From: Spirochaetia bacterium
GTDB lineage: Bacteria > Spirochaetota > Spirochaetia > UBA9216
NCBI GenBank assembly: GCA_963677925.2
Contig: CAXXYH010000004.1
Location: 352,001 to 416,000 of the forward strand
Length of the DNA stretch: 64,000 bases
Reading direction: 5' to 3'
In this document: positions 9,200 through 20,009 of the stretch, piece by piece
Numbering within the stretch: position 1 is the stretch's first letter
How the letters are laid out: every line of letters starts with the position of its first letter
Position numbers and translations under genes: made by a program
Notes under the pieces: model-generated
What the model was told of the DNA's origin: nothing
The model's database searches: none
What the model saw: the letters and a program-made list of their open reading frames with translations, nothing else

Positions 9200-10416
9200 T
9201 GATAAATCTCCTTTCCATTTTCTAAAATATATTCTGAACGTGTCTTATCAACATCTTTTGACAGAGATTTTATTCTCTCACCATATCTGCTTGCTATATA
9301 ATAATATGAAAGATCATTAAATAGTTCTTTTCTCTCTTCTTCAATTTTTATACCAAATCCATTTGCTAATCTTAACAAGTCATGTATCCGCGGGACAGAA
9401 ATACCATTATATTCATATAAAGCTTTTAGTGCTTTTTCAATACATTGTTGTACTGTAATTAAGACATAAAGATACCTGCCTGAATCATGCATGGATGATG
9501 CCGTCTCTATATCATATTCTGCATGTTCAATCCAGTTTTCCACTCTTGAAAACAGCTTATTACATTCCTTCAGAAATTTCTCAAGACTTTCCTGCCAGGA
9601 TTCAACATTGTAGCTGAAGACCTTTTTGACTTTTTCCTTGGAAAGAAGCGAGTATTCCGGACGCTTTACCTTTGCAGGAAATTCATAGCTTGTACATGAA
9701 CCAACATTACAATCATTCGTGACTAAACCGAGATTTCGTCCCATCCTGTAAATCTCTGATGCAAATTCAAACCAAGTACACTGGTTTTCTCCGGACAGAT
9801 GATAAAGGCCGTAATCGGTTGAATCAGTCTGAATAATTGTTTTTATCAGTCCTGTGAGCAGTTTAGTCCAGGTCGGGGAACCATGCTGATCATTAACTAC
9901 CTTTATAGAGTCACGGCTGTTCATAAGTTTTATCATCGTAAAAACGAAGTTGGGTCCGTACTGACCATAGAGCCAGGCGGTACGGATGATAAAATGCCTG
10001 CTGTTGGTGCCGGCAATTGCCTGCTCACCTTCAAGCTTACTCCGGCCATAGACTGATACAGGTCCAGTTTGTGCCTGTTCGGAAAGAGGAGTACTGCTGC
10101 TGCCGTCAAAAACATAGTCTGTTGATATATGAATTACAGGAATTTCAAGCTCTGTGGACAGTTTTCCGATATTCCCGGCACCGTCACGATTAAGCGCATA
10201 GGCTAATTCGCTTTCTTCCTCAGCCTTTTCAACAGCGGTGTAGGCGGAACAGTTCACAATCCAGTCCGGTTTATTTACTTCCGCATATTCTTTCAATGCT
10301 TCAGGCTCAAGAATTGAAACTTCCCGATCCGTTCCGCAGAAATCCATGCCGGCCTGCTTAAACTCCTCAGACAGCTCTGTGCCGAGCATTCCCTTATTAC
10401 CGATAATCCAGATCAT
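9169..10416 (-). CDS. rfbD: dTDP-4-dehydrorhamnose reductase fused to a C-terminal HEPN domain
   Basis: GNKGMLG, AYTAVEKAE, ISTDYVFDG, YGRSK and RPEYS over ~285 aa, then W..AEYD...QQCIEKALKA...PRIHDL...SRY (HEPN) in the same frame. Confidence 0.9.
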   Translation of the reverse strand: MIWIIGNKGMLGTELSEEFKQAGMDFCGTDREVSILEPEALKEYAEVNKPDWIVNCSAYTAVEKAEEESELAYALNRDGAGNIGKLSTELEIPVIHISTDYVFDGSSSTPLSEQAQTGPVSVYGRSKLEGEQAIAGTNSRHFIIRTAWLYGQYGPNFVFTMIKLMNSRDSIKVVNDQHGSPTWTKLLTGLIKTIIQTDSTDYGLYHLSGENQCTWFEFASEIYRMGRNLGLVTNDCNVGSCTSYEFPAKVKRPEYSLLSKEKVKKVFSYNVESWQESLEKFLKECNKLFSRVENWIEHAEYDIETASSMHDSGRYLYVLITVQQCIEKALKALYEYNGISVPRIHDLLRLANGFGIKIEEERKELFNDLSYYYIASRYGERIKSLSKDVDKTRSEYILENGKEIYQWLKSMIPFV

Positions 10417-10958
10417 TTTAAAACCTTTAAAAAGGGAAGCGTTTCATCTTTGGCAGATACTGAAGGAGTAATTCCACTCAACGGCCATTGCACAGCAACT
10501 TCGGGATCATTCCATTTGATCCCACCGTCAGCTGTCGGTGCATACTCTGCGGTACATTTGTATAGAAAGTGGGTATTGTCTGTCAGAGTCAGAAAGCCGT
10601 GAGCGAACCCCGGCGGGATATAAAACATCTTTCCATTTTCTTCAGTTAACTCTACACCAACCCACTTTCCGTAGGTTTCGGACTCTTCACGAAGATCAAC
10701 TCCTACATCCCAGACAGCGCCTTTAACAACACGTACCAATTTACCCTGGGCATGGGGTTCTGTCTGGAAATGCAGGCCTCTAAGAACACCTTTTGAAGAG
10801 AGAGAGTGGTTGTCCTGAACAAAATCTTCGGCTATTCCAGCGTTTACAAACTCAGACTTTTTGTAAGTTTCCATAAAAAAACCGCGGTCATCAGGAAATT
10901 TCCGCGGTTCAATTATGATAAGTCCTTCAATATCAGTTTTAACAAAATTAAAAGGCAT
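10413..10958 (-). CDS. rfbC: dTDP-4-dehydrorhamnose 3,5-epimerase
   Basis: DDRGFFME, QDNHS, RGLHFQ, GFAHGF. Confidence 0.97.
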   Translation of the reverse strand: MPFNFVKTDIEGLIIIEPRKFPDDRGFFMETYKKSEFVNAGIAEDFVQDNHSLSSKGVLRGLHFQTEPHAQGKLVRVVKGAVWDVGVDLREESETYGKWVGVELTEENGKMFYIPPGFAHGFLTLTDNTHFLYKCTAEYAPTADGGIKWNDPEVAVQWPLSGITPSVSAKDETLPFLKVLK

Positions 10959-10976
10959 TATCAGATACTCCGTTTA

Positions 10977-11846
10977 TTATAATGTTTCGATGTAATGCTG
11001 CAGATACTGTCCATAGGTTGATTTTGCGAGGGAGTCTGCAAGGTCTATCAGCTGTTTCTTATCAATGAAGCCCATTTTATAAGCAATTTCCTCGATACAG
11101 GCTATTTTAAGGCCCTGACGATCTTCTATTGTCTTTACATAGTTTGTTGCATCAACCAGTGAATCGTGAGTTCCGGTATCAAGCCAGGCAAAGCCCCTGC
11201 CCATCAGCTGAACTTTAAGCTCGTTCATTTTAAGATATTCGTTGTTAACTGTTGTAATTTCAAGCTCTCCACGGGCGGAAGGTTTAATATTATGAGCAAT
11301 ATCAATAACCCTGTTATCGTAAAAATACAGGCCGACAACAGCATAGTTTGATTTTGGTTCGGCTGGTTTTTCTTCAATGGATAATGCTGTGCCGTTTTCA
11401 TCAAAATCAACAACACCGTAACGTTCAGGATCCTTGACCCAGTATCCGAATACAGTAGCTCCTGATTTCTGAGCTGCGGCTTCCTGGACCATCTGGGAAA
11501 AATGATGTCCGTAGAAGATATTATCACCGAGGATCAGGCAGACGGAATCATCTCCGACAAAGTCTTTTCCAAGAATAAAGGCCTCAGCAAGCCCGTTAGG
11601 GGCATCCTGTATCTTGTATTCAATATTCAAACCAAGATGTGAACCGTCTTTGAATAATTCTTCGAATCTTGAAGTATCCTGAGGAGTGGAAATTATAAGA
11701 ATATCCTTGATACCTGCAAGCATCAGTGTGGAAAGCGGATAATAAATCATAGGTTTGTCATAAACAGGAAGAAGCTGCTTGCAGACAACCTGTGTCGCAG
11801 GAAAAAGTCTGGTGCCGGAACCTCCGGCAAGTATAATACCTTTCAC
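10977..11846 (-). CDS. rfbA: Glucose-1-phosphate thymidylyltransferase
   Basis: [36 protein letters not shown]. Confidence 0.97.
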   Translation of the reverse strand: MKGIILAGGSGTRLFPATQVVCKQLLPVYDKPMIYYPLSTLMLAGIKDILIISTPQDTSRFEELFKDGSHLGLNIEYKIQDAPNGLAEAFILGKDFVGDDSVCLILGDNIFYGHHFSQMVQEAAAQKSGATVFGYWVKDPERYGVVDFDENGTALSIEEKPAEPKSNYAVVGLYFYDNRVIDIAHNIKPSARGELEITTVNNEYLKMNELKVQLMGRGFAWLDTGTHDSLVDATNYVKTIEDRQGLKIACIEEIAYKMGFIDKKQLIDLADSLAKSTYGQYLQHYIETL

Positions 11847-11867
11847 TTTTTATTCTCCTTAAAAAAG

Positions 11868-13172
11868 TTATTTACGTCCTACGCCCTCATAGGTAAATCC
11901 CTCTTTAACTACAAGCTCGGGATCAAGAAGGTTTCGGGTATCAAGAATGATATTACTCTTCATTACCTCTTTTATTCTGCTGAGGTTTAGACCTCTGTAC
12001 TCATTCCATTCCGTAATAATAATCAGAGCATCGGCACCCTTTGCGGCATCATATGCGCTGTGACAGTACATAATATCCGGATACATCTTTGCGAAATTAT
12101 CCATTCCCTTGGGATCATGCGCCTGCACATTACCTTTGGCGGAAAGGATTTCTTTTACGATCGTAATTGCAGGACTTTCACGGATATCATCAGTCTGCTG
12201 TTTAAAAGCAAGCCCCAGAACCGCTATTGTTTTACCTTCAAGCCCGCCGGTCAGCTTAGACAGCTTTTCAACCATTCTGGCCTTCTGCTTCTCATTTGTG
12301 TCTATTACGGATTCAATCAGGTTCATCTGAACACCGTATTTCTTACCAAAACTTGCAATGGCCTTGGTATCCTTCGGAAAACAGCTTCCGCCGTAACCGG
12401 GCCCCGGATGCAGAAACTTGGGACTTATACGTCCGTCCATTCCCATGGATTTAGCCACCTGATGAATATCCGCACCAACAGCCTCTGACAGGTTTGCGAT
12501 TTCATTGATAAAGGTAATCTTTGTAGCAAGAAAAGCGTTAGAAGCGTATTTTATAAGCTCGGCTGTTTCAAGATTGCACCAGACAAATGGAACACTTATC
12601 AGGTTCAGGCTGCGGTACACTTCAAACATTACGTCTTTAGCCTTTTCGGTTGAATAACCGATAACGGTTCTGTCAGGATGAAAAAAGTCCTGTGTGGCAC
12701 GGCCTTCCCTTAGGAATTCAGGGTTTGAAACAACATCGAAATCGGAATGACCTACTTTCTCTTTGAGCGTTTCATAGATCCAGCGGTTTGTTCCGACAGG
12801 CACGGTTGATTTTGTTACTACAACCTTGTAACCGTTCATGTTCTGAGCTATGGATTCAAGAACAGCTTCAACATAGCTTAAGTCCGCTTCCATGTTAGGC
12901 TTTTCAGGAGTTCCTACAGCGATAAAAATAACATCTGCTTCTTTAATAGCAGTGTTTATATCAGATGTAAAATCGAGTCGTCCCGATTCAAGGTTTCGTC
13001 TCAGGTAGTCCTCAACGCCCGGTTCATATATTGGAGAAATTCCGTTTTTAAGAAGTTCAATTTTCTTTTCATCAAGATCTACACCGGTTACCTGATTTCC
13101 GAAATCTGAAAGTCCGACCGCAGCGATCAGACCGACATAGCCTGTTCCAACTACACATATTTTTTTTGACAT
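11868..13172 (-). CDS. ugd: UDP-glucose 6-dehydrogenase
   Basis: GTGYVG, KSTVPVG, SNPEFLREG, GYGGSCFPKD. Confidence 0.93.
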   Translation of the reverse strand: MSKKICVVGTGYVGLIAAVGLSDFGNQVTGVDLDEKKIELLKNGISPIYEPGVEDYLRRNLESGRLDFTSDINTAIKEADVIFIAVGTPEKPNMEADLSYVEAVLESIAQNMNGYKVVVTKSTVPVGTNRWIYETLKEKVGHSDFDVVSNPEFLREGRATQDFFHPDRTVIGYSTEKAKDVMFEVYRSLNLISVPFVWCNLETAELIKYASNAFLATKITFINEIANLSEAVGADIHQVAKSMGMDGRISPKFLHPGPGYGGSCFPKDTKAIASFGKKYGVQMNLIESVIDTNEKQKARMVEKLSKLTGGLEGKTIAVLGLAFKQQTDDIRESPAITIVKEILSAKGNVQAHDPKGMDNFAKMYPDIMYCHSAYDAAKGADALIIITEWNEYRGLNLSRIKEVMKSNIILDTRNLLDPELVVKEGFTYEGVGRK

Positions 13173-13191
13173 TTAATTAACCTCGTATATA

Positions 13192-13860
13192 TCAATTTAG
13201 AAGATCTTTAAGAAGCCCTTCCGGTTGAGGGAGGTTCTTAAATCTATTCAATACTTTTAATTTTGAATTAAAGACAGCAATTGCAGTTAGAATTATAATT
13301 TTAAAATAAATTCTTAATGAATGATTTTCATAAAACCAACATTCAAGATCTCCCTTATAATTGGCAATTAATGTATCATGTATTTCATTATAATCCATAC
13401 CAGACCTAGCCATAACATCTTCTTCATCTCTAAAGATAATTGAACCAATGCCTGTTAGACCAGGAGTAAGCTTTGAAATAACCAAGCGTTGCTCTTTTGA
13501 ATAATTATTGTATTGTTTTTCTGTAAGTGGACGAGGGCCGACAATACTCATATTTCCAATCCAAATATTAAAAAGCTGTGGCAATTCATTAATTTTAGTT
13601 TTTCTTAGAAATTTACCAACTGGTAATACTCTAGGATCATTCTTTGTGGTTACGGCACCACCTTTCATTGATTCGCTTTTTTTTAACATTGTTGCAAATT
13701 TTATAACATTAAAGAGCTTTTCATTTCTACCCATTCGTTTTTGCAAATAGAATATTTCATGTTCCCCTGTCATTAAAAGTAAAATACATATTATAAATAA
13801 TAATGGAGAAAAAACGACTATAGCAATTGATGAAAACAGTAAATCAAAAAATCTCTGCAT
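13192..13860 (-). CDS. Initiating sugar-phosphate transferase (Bac_transf family)
   Basis: RFFD, KFATM, DPRV, LRKTKINELPQL, SIVGPRP, PGLTG. Confidence 0.92.
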   Translation of the reverse strand: MQRFFDLLFSSIAIVVFSPLLFIICILLLMTGEHEIFYLQKRMGRNEKLFNVIKFATMLKKSESMKGGAVTTKNDPRVLPVGKFLRKTKINELPQLFNIWIGNMSIVGPRPLTEKQYNNYSKEQRLVISKLTPGLTGIGSIIFRDEEDVMARSGMDYNEIHDTLIANYKGDLECWFYENHSLRIYFKIIILTAIAVFNSKLKVLNRFKNLPQPEGLLKDLLN

Positions 13861-13862
13861 TT

Positions 13863-15047
13863 TTACATCCTTCCATCTAAATATTTTCCTGTTTCTTTAT
13901 GTCCAAAATTTGGTATCATTTCGTTAAATAAATTAACTAACTGGTTTTTATCCCAATTTGTTTTTTTTAACAAATTTATCTCATTAAGAAATTTTTCTAA
14001 TTTATTTTCAGAATAATTCAATTTATTCTTGATTATTCCTAGTGAAATAAAACGTTCTAAATCTATAATTTCTTCTTTTGTAAAAAATTCTTCAAAATCT
14101 TTTTCCCCTGTAGTATCACTTTTAAAAAAGTAGCATGGCCATTTCCCTTTATCCGGCATAGTATAAATCAAGTCTCTTGCCTCTTGTTCAGAATTACATT
14201 CATAAGGTTGATAACCTATTTGTTTTAAATATTTTTTTGCTATTGAAGAAAAGGTAATCAAGTTCAATTCGTGACTTAATTTAGGAAAGAAAATATCTCT
14301 ATTTTCACCAAGTAAAATTGACAACAAACAAAGTTGCCCGGCTTCCTCTGGGACAACAAAGTATCTGCGAACATCATTTGGTGCTGAGATTGGTTGTTTT
14401 TTTATAATTCTTTGATTAAAACCATGAAGCAAACTCCCATCTGAAAAAGCTACATTTGCAAACCTTGCAGTAGATATTGGGATTTCTTCACTTTTTTTCA
14501 TAAGAAACATTTCCATAATTCTTTTAGAAGCGCCCATCATATTTACAGGATTAGCTGCTTTATCAGTTGAAACACAAAAATATTTTTTTGCATTATACTT
14601 TATTGATAAATCAATAGTTTTTATCGTATTCAAAATGTTTACATCAATCATTCTCATTAATGTAAATGGATCTTTTTCACTTCTAACATGCTTCAAAGCT
14701 GATAGATTAACAACATAATCATACATCCCTTCACAAATGATCATTCTTTCAAATTCAATACTCCCACAATCAATTGCAAAAGTCTTAAAATCTCCATCTA
14801 TATAACCAATTGATGAACGAAGATCTCTTACAAGCTCAACCATATTGTTTTCAGAAATATCAACTACGTGAAGTTTTTTCGGATTTCTTTTAAAAATTTC
14901 TTTTACAACAGCTTGCCCAATTGAACCAGCTCCACCAATAACTAAAAAACCGGAGGACTTTACTAAATTATTAATGATATTAGCTTGTGAAATTATATCA
15001 TCTTTTAAAATAGATTCTTTTCTTCCAATTAATTTAAGAATATCCAT
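13863..15047 (-). CDS. UDP-N-acetylglucosamine 4,6-dehydratase (Polysacc_synt_2 family, soluble)
   Basis: GGAGSIG, ALKHV, STDKAANPVNMMGASK, RFANV. Confidence 0.88.
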   Translation of the reverse strand: MDILKLIGRKESILKDDIISQANIINNLVKSSGFLVIGGAGSIGQAVVKEIFKRNPKKLHVVDISENNMVELVRDLRSSIGYIDGDFKTFAIDCGSIEFERMIICEGMYDYVVNLSALKHVRSEKDPFTLMRMIDVNILNTIKTIDLSIKYNAKKYFCVSTDKAANPVNMMGASKRIMEMFLMKKSEEIPISTARFANVAFSDGSLLHGFNQRIIKKQPISAPNDVRRYFVVPEEAGQLCLLSILLGENRDIFFPKLSHELNLITFSSIAKKYLKQIGYQPYECNSEQEARDLIYTMPDKGKWPCYFFKSDTTGEKDFEEFFTKEEIIDLERFISLGIIKNKLNYSENKLEKFLNEINLLKKTNWDKNQLVNLFNEMIPNFGHKETGKYLDGRM

Positions 15048-15062
15048 TTCTGATTCCTTATT

Positions 15063-15929
15063 CTAAATTTTATTTAAACAGTAATCTTTAGATAGCAAAT
15101 CTATATCTGTCTTTAAATTTGTATCAACAATTAAATTACCGTAAAGTTTATCATAAACTGCAGGTTTTAGTTTCCTTAAAAAATAACAAAATAATTTAGA
15201 ATTAAATAAAAAAAGCTTCTTATTTATTTTTTTACTAACAGCTTGTACCAATTCTTTTGTAGAAATATTAAATGAATCAGAAATTATTATAATTCCTGAA
15301 GAAGCATCACTATTTAACAATAAATAGTTTAAATATATTAGAAAATTTTCAATATGTAAAAACGTTCTTTGATTCTTTACATCTTTAAATGGTAGAATTG
15401 GAAATTTATTAATTAATTTAATTAATAAACGAATATTGCCAGGGGCTTTTGGTCCATAAATCATTGGGGGTCTAATTAAGAAAACTTTAAAATTTTCGTC
15501 GTTTAACTCCAAAAGTATATGATCTGCTTCTAACTTAGATTTTCCATAATTTGTGATAGGGTTTGCTTTTGTTCTAATATCTATATTCTTATCATTCGCA
15601 TATACAGCAATAGAACTCATTTGTATAAATTTTTTAACATTATTTTTTTTTGCTTGATTTGCTAATTTAACTACAAGATCTCTATTAACTTGATAGTATA
15701 AAGATTCGATTCCTTTTTCTTTTCTATGTGCAATTCCAATCAATGAAAATACTATATCGATATTATTAAAAATAGAATCTGGTATTTCATTTAAATTATT
15801 ACAAATGATTTCACCTTCTAATCCGGTTTCAACTCTGCTTATTACCGTAATATCATATCTTTTAATATTTTCCTTGATGAAATAGTTACCAACATAACTA
15901 TCTCCTCCAATCACTAATAATTTAATCAT
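15063..15929 (-). CDS. NAD-dependent epimerase/dehydratase (likely a 4-reductase or epimerase)
   Basis: GGDSYVG, GIAH, SSIAVY, YGKSK, RPPMIYG. Confidence 0.88.
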   Translation of the reverse strand: MIKLLVIGGDSYVGNYFIKENIKRYDITVISRVETGLEGEIICNNLNEIPDSIFNNIDIVFSLIGIAHRKEKGIESLYYQVNRDLVVKLANQAKKNNVKKFIQMSSIAVYANDKNIDIRTKANPITNYGKSKLEADHILLELNDENFKVFLIRPPMIYGPKAPGNIRLLIKLINKFPILPFKDVKNQRTFLHIENFLIYLNYLLLNSDASSGIIIISDSFNISTKELVQAVSKKINKKLFLFNSKLFCYFLRKLKPAVYDKLYGNLIVDTNLKTDIDLLSKDYCLNKI

Positions 15930-16746
15930 TTTTCATATACCTTTCTAACACTAATTGATTTATCTCTTTTCTCTCTTTATCAAAAAACCAACCCCACTTA
16001 TTAAAATAATAGATAGCTGCTTTTATATGAACAATTAACAATTTGAAATTCTTATGTGATTCCTTTTGATGTTCATGAATAATTTTAACGTTTGGATAAT
16101 ACATAGTCATATATTTTTTATGTATTCTTCTTGTTATATCAGTATCTTCTCCGTACATAAATATTTTTTCATCAAACAAACCAATTTCTTGTAATACAGT
16201 ACTTCTAAAAAACATAAAACATCCGGATAAATATGGAACATTTAACTCATTATTGTAATCTGTAAACCTTAATTCAAACTTAAAATTTCTACGTTCTATA
16301 ATTGATTTGAAAGGAATAAATCTTCTCCCAATCCAGTCAAAAGGAGTAGGTAATAACTTACACAGATATTGCATATCTCCATTTGGATAGATAATTCTTG
16401 GCATTGCTAAACCTATAGCGAAATTACTATCAAGATATTCAGCAAGTTTATCTAAAACATTTTTCTCAAAAACTATATCAGGATTTAAAACAACATGATA
16501 TTTTTCTTCATAAATACTATCTTTTAATGCAATATTATGCCCAGCACCATAACCATTATTATCTGCCTTTATATATCTAACATTTATATTACCATCAAAC
16601 CAATCTTTTGCATTATCATCGGGTGAATTATCAATAAGATATAATCTTGAACTTCGATCTGAAGAAAAAAAACTATCTATTACTTTTTTTACATCTTTAT
16701 ATCTATTTTTGTATATAACTATTGACCCGTTTATATCATTCTTCAT
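15922..16746 (-). CDS. GT2 glycosyltransferase (rhamnosyltransferase-like)
   Basis: IDNS, GYGAGHN, LNPD, LSGCFM, FMYGEDTD. Confidence 0.88.
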   Translation of the reverse strand: MKNDINGSIVIYKNRYKDVKKVIDSFFSSDRSSRLYLIDNSPDDNAKDWFDGNINVRYIKADNNGYGAGHNIALKDSIYEEKYHVVLNPDIVFEKNVLDKLAEYLDSNFAIGLAMPRIIYPNGDMQYLCKLLPTPFDWIGRRFIPFKSIIERRNFKFELRFTDYNNELNVPYLSGCFMFFRSTVLQEIGLFDEKIFMYGEDTDITRRIHKKYMTMYYPNVKIIHEHQKESHKNFKLLIVHIKAAIYYFNKWGWFFDKERKEINQLVLERYMKND

Positions 16747-16941
16747 GAATATTTCCTGTATTATATTGACTTAGAAATTTTTAAAAATTGTATTACTACC
16801 TAAAACTGCTTTCTACTCATTGAAGCTTAAATCATTTCAGTGCTTTCAGAGTCAATATACTTTTGAACAATAGGACTTTTCTAGTGCTATTTACAAAACA
16901 TAATTATTAAACAATTTTTAATCTCATCTAAAAGTGTCCTC

Positions 16942-18826
16942 TCACTGATATTCTATGATTTCAGACTCTGTAGCTGGTACTAATCTAATAGCTTTGCCTC
17001 CATTTGGTGGTAAATCTTCTTGAATTATAGATGTCGATTTTACTAATAATCTCTCTATTTGAACATCGCTTGAATCGCAACCTGTAGAATAAACAGTCGC
17101 AAGATACCAAATATCATCTGTAAGAAAACTAAGGGAACAACGATATTTTTAGAGTTACCAGTAATAGTACCAACATACCATTCAGTTCCTGATCTACGAG
17201 AAATAGATGCAAACTTTCCTATTTCTCCTAATAATGCGGTAGTTTCATCCTAAGTAGTTGGCAGCGCATCCCAGAATTCTAATTCTTCATTATCAAAACT
17301 ATCCGGACTATCCATACCAATATATAAATTGTAGCGGACTATAAAATAGAACTGTTTTAGCTAGTTGAGTAGCACGAGACCACTCACTTGTTACACGTTC
17401 ACTAAAATAACAAAAAGTATGATCCGCTGCACCCGCTAACATACGCGTATATAGGGATATCAATATGTTTGTCATAGACGGACTACCCTCATCTCCCAAT
17501 ATCCCTTCCTGAGTTAGCAAGTTAGGATAAGTACGGCTATAACCAGTAGGTCGATATTCATCATGAATATCTATTACCATTTCGTAATCTGCAGCCATTC
17601 TGACAGCACTATGTAGCCATTTTGTATAATATTGATTTCTTACTTTTACAAATCCAAATTTTATACCGTAAATACCATAGTTATGATAAGTATTTATAGT
17701 ATCTTTTAAATCATAATTCTCCATACCTACTTGGTTTAGATAAACAAAAGTTTTTAGCCCAACATTATATGCAGACTCTGTAACTAATTGTATGTCTATT
17801 TCATTAATGGGATCAGTAGGTACCGAATTCGGATTAAACTCCTCAGAATACCCCAAACCATACCAGCCAGCATCATAATGTAAATATTGTATATTGTGCT
17901 CTAAAGCAAAATCGATAGCATTAAGAGCCTCTTCAGCGGAAAGTCCTAATCGGATAGCTTTTCCTGGAGTGATCCAAGATGTATCAGACAACTCATTTGG
18001 GTCATTAAGATTGAGAATCAAATATTGTATATTTATCAAATCTGAATAAGAATCACCAATAATTATTACTCGCCACAGAGTAGAATATAGTGTTTTTGTA
18101 ACCACTTCACTATCAATTTTTGTAACAATATTATTACCATCGGCTTCTGAAAATAAAGTTCTACTATAGTCAACCATACGGGCTTCGGTAAGTGCTACAA
18201 CAAGACTACTATTTATTTCGATAGTTAATGGTCTTTCACAATTATTACCAATTGAACTGACAGTTTCCTCAGAATAAATACCTTGAGATTCTTATGTCAC
18301 AAATGCTTTATGATCATCTATAAAATTGAAAGAAGATACTTCGTCTTTGATAGTAACAGATGAAGAATTACCTACATCAGGTATTTCATAATTAAATGCT
18401 ACCCCTTCATCATATGCTCTAATAATAACATTGATATATTCACCACTTGATTTGATCAGCTTTAATGTTATCTCATTAAAATTATTTTCAATATTATTCC
18501 ATTGATCATATGGAGGATCCCAAGAAGAATTTTGACTTCTACTTGAAACTATTTCTATAGAAAGTTCTTCTGTAAACGTTTGTTGATCTAACAAAAGCCC
18601 AAATCGGCTATCTTGAATGATATTAGTTCCATTATATGAAATGGAATATAAAGGTACTCCATATAGGTTTCCGATATCACAAGTTTGAAACGAAATTCTT
18701 AATTTACCATCAGGAGACTCTAGGACTTCTCCAATTACAGGAGAAGTTGGTAATATGCAAGCAGTAATAAAGATTGTTCCATTAAATAATATTACTGCTA
18801 TTCTAAAAATATAAATTATTTTTCAA
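16942..18826 (-). pseudogene. Glycoside hydrolase family 97 (SusB-like) lipoprotein pseudogene
   Basis: SPDGKL, RAYDEGVAF, DTSWITPGK, DAGWY, RTYPN, TQEG, TRMLAG and GG-A-RL motifs spread over several frames. Lesions: in-frame TAA at 18292, extra G near 17311, TAG near 17251, further frameshifts near 17135 and the start. Confidence 0.88.
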
Positions 18827-18956
18827 TATTGTCCAACACATGAATTATTAACAAGTTTTCGGTTCAGAAATATTTGTTTTTAACTTATATTACAAATAGT
18901 TATTAAGATTTTTGTCTGTAAATATTCAACACTCGAACTAAAATAGCAGTATATAT

Positions 18957-19997
18957 CTAAAAATTGTTTAGATATTGAAATATTTTTTTTAACTCATTAG
19001 TAATATTAATTTGAAAATTTTCAAATCTATACTTTTCATTCAACTTCTTAAAATTGGATTTTTCAAGTTTTTCGATATTTTCCAACAAATAAATTAATTC
19101 TCCTTCAGAATAAGGATTAAAATGATATATTCCGGGATCTTTAAATTCTTTTAAGGAACCTGCATTTGATAAGAATATTCTTTTTGAAAATCTCATTGCT
19201 TCAACAACAGGTAATCCAAAACCTTCATATAACGATGGTAAAATAAAAGCTTCTGAATAATAATACAAATTCATCAATTGTTTATCATCAACAAATCCTA
19301 ATTGGATAACTTGATTATCATCATATTTTTTTTTTCCACCAGCTAAAATCAGTTTTATTTTATTATTTGTTTTTTTTATACATTTTATTAAGAATTCCAA
19401 ATTTTTCTGATTTCTTTCATTCCCAACATAAAGAACATACTTATCTTTTATAAACCTTTCTTCAAAATCAGTTTTTACGGTTGATGAATATTTTGACCAC
19501 AAAGGTACAGCAATAGAATCTCTTTTAAAATCTTTCAAAACATCTCTTCTTGTACTCTCAGAAACGGTAAAAATATAGTCAGAATTCTTTATGCTTCTTT
19601 TAACTATAAACCTATAATAAATTGTACCAAATTTATTAACTAAATTCCTATCGGAAAAAAAGTTCTCAATTTTATAGAACATTAGATCATGCACAGTAAT
19701 TATATAATTTATATTTCTTGGTTTTATGAATGAATTAGAGTAAAACATTGAATGTAGGACATCTATATTATATTTTTTAATTATATAAGAAGTAAACAAG
19801 AAATGAAAGACATTATATGGTTTAAGATTCGTTATTATTTGTTCAAAAAAGGCAAACTCATTATAATATCTATTTACTAATAATAGAATATCGCAAGTTT
19901 TTATATTATTTTTATATATATATATCAAGGCTTTAGTATAATTTGATATTCCGGTTTCATTGTCACTTAATAATCTACAATCCAGCAGTATTTTCAT
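18957..19997 (-). CDS. GT4 glycosyltransferase
   Basis: ITVHDL, VSESTR, QKN, PSLYEGFGLPVVEAM. Confidence 0.9.
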   Translation of the reverse strand: MKILLDCRLLSDNETGISNYTKALIYIYKNNIKTCDILLLVNRYYNEFAFFEQIITNLKPYNVFHFLFTSYIIKKYNIDVLHSMFYSNSFIKPRNINYIITVHDLMFYKIENFFSDRNLVNKFGTIYYRFIVKRSIKNSDYIFTVSESTRRDVLKDFKRDSIAVPLWSKYSSTVKTDFEERFIKDKYVLYVGNERNQKNLEFLIKCIKKTNNKIKLILAGGKKKYDDNQVIQLGFVDDKQLMNLYYYSEAFILPSLYEGFGLPVVEAMRFSKRIFLSNAGSLKEFKDPGIYHFNPYSEGELIYLLENIEKLEKSNFKKLNEKYRFENFQINITNELKKIFQYLNNF

Positions 19998-20009
19998 AAA
20001 CTTTTTCCA

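Noticed and set aside
18292-18294. Stop-codon recoding (TAA here, TAG near 17251) in the GH97 gene
   Set aside because: Accompanied by several frameshifts, and neighbouring genes use these codons as normal stops; pseudogenisation is simpler.
19326-19335. A10 tract in a GT4 gene as a phase-variation switch
   Set aside because: Long A/T runs are common throughout this AT-rich cassette and the ORF is intact; read-level length variation would be needed.
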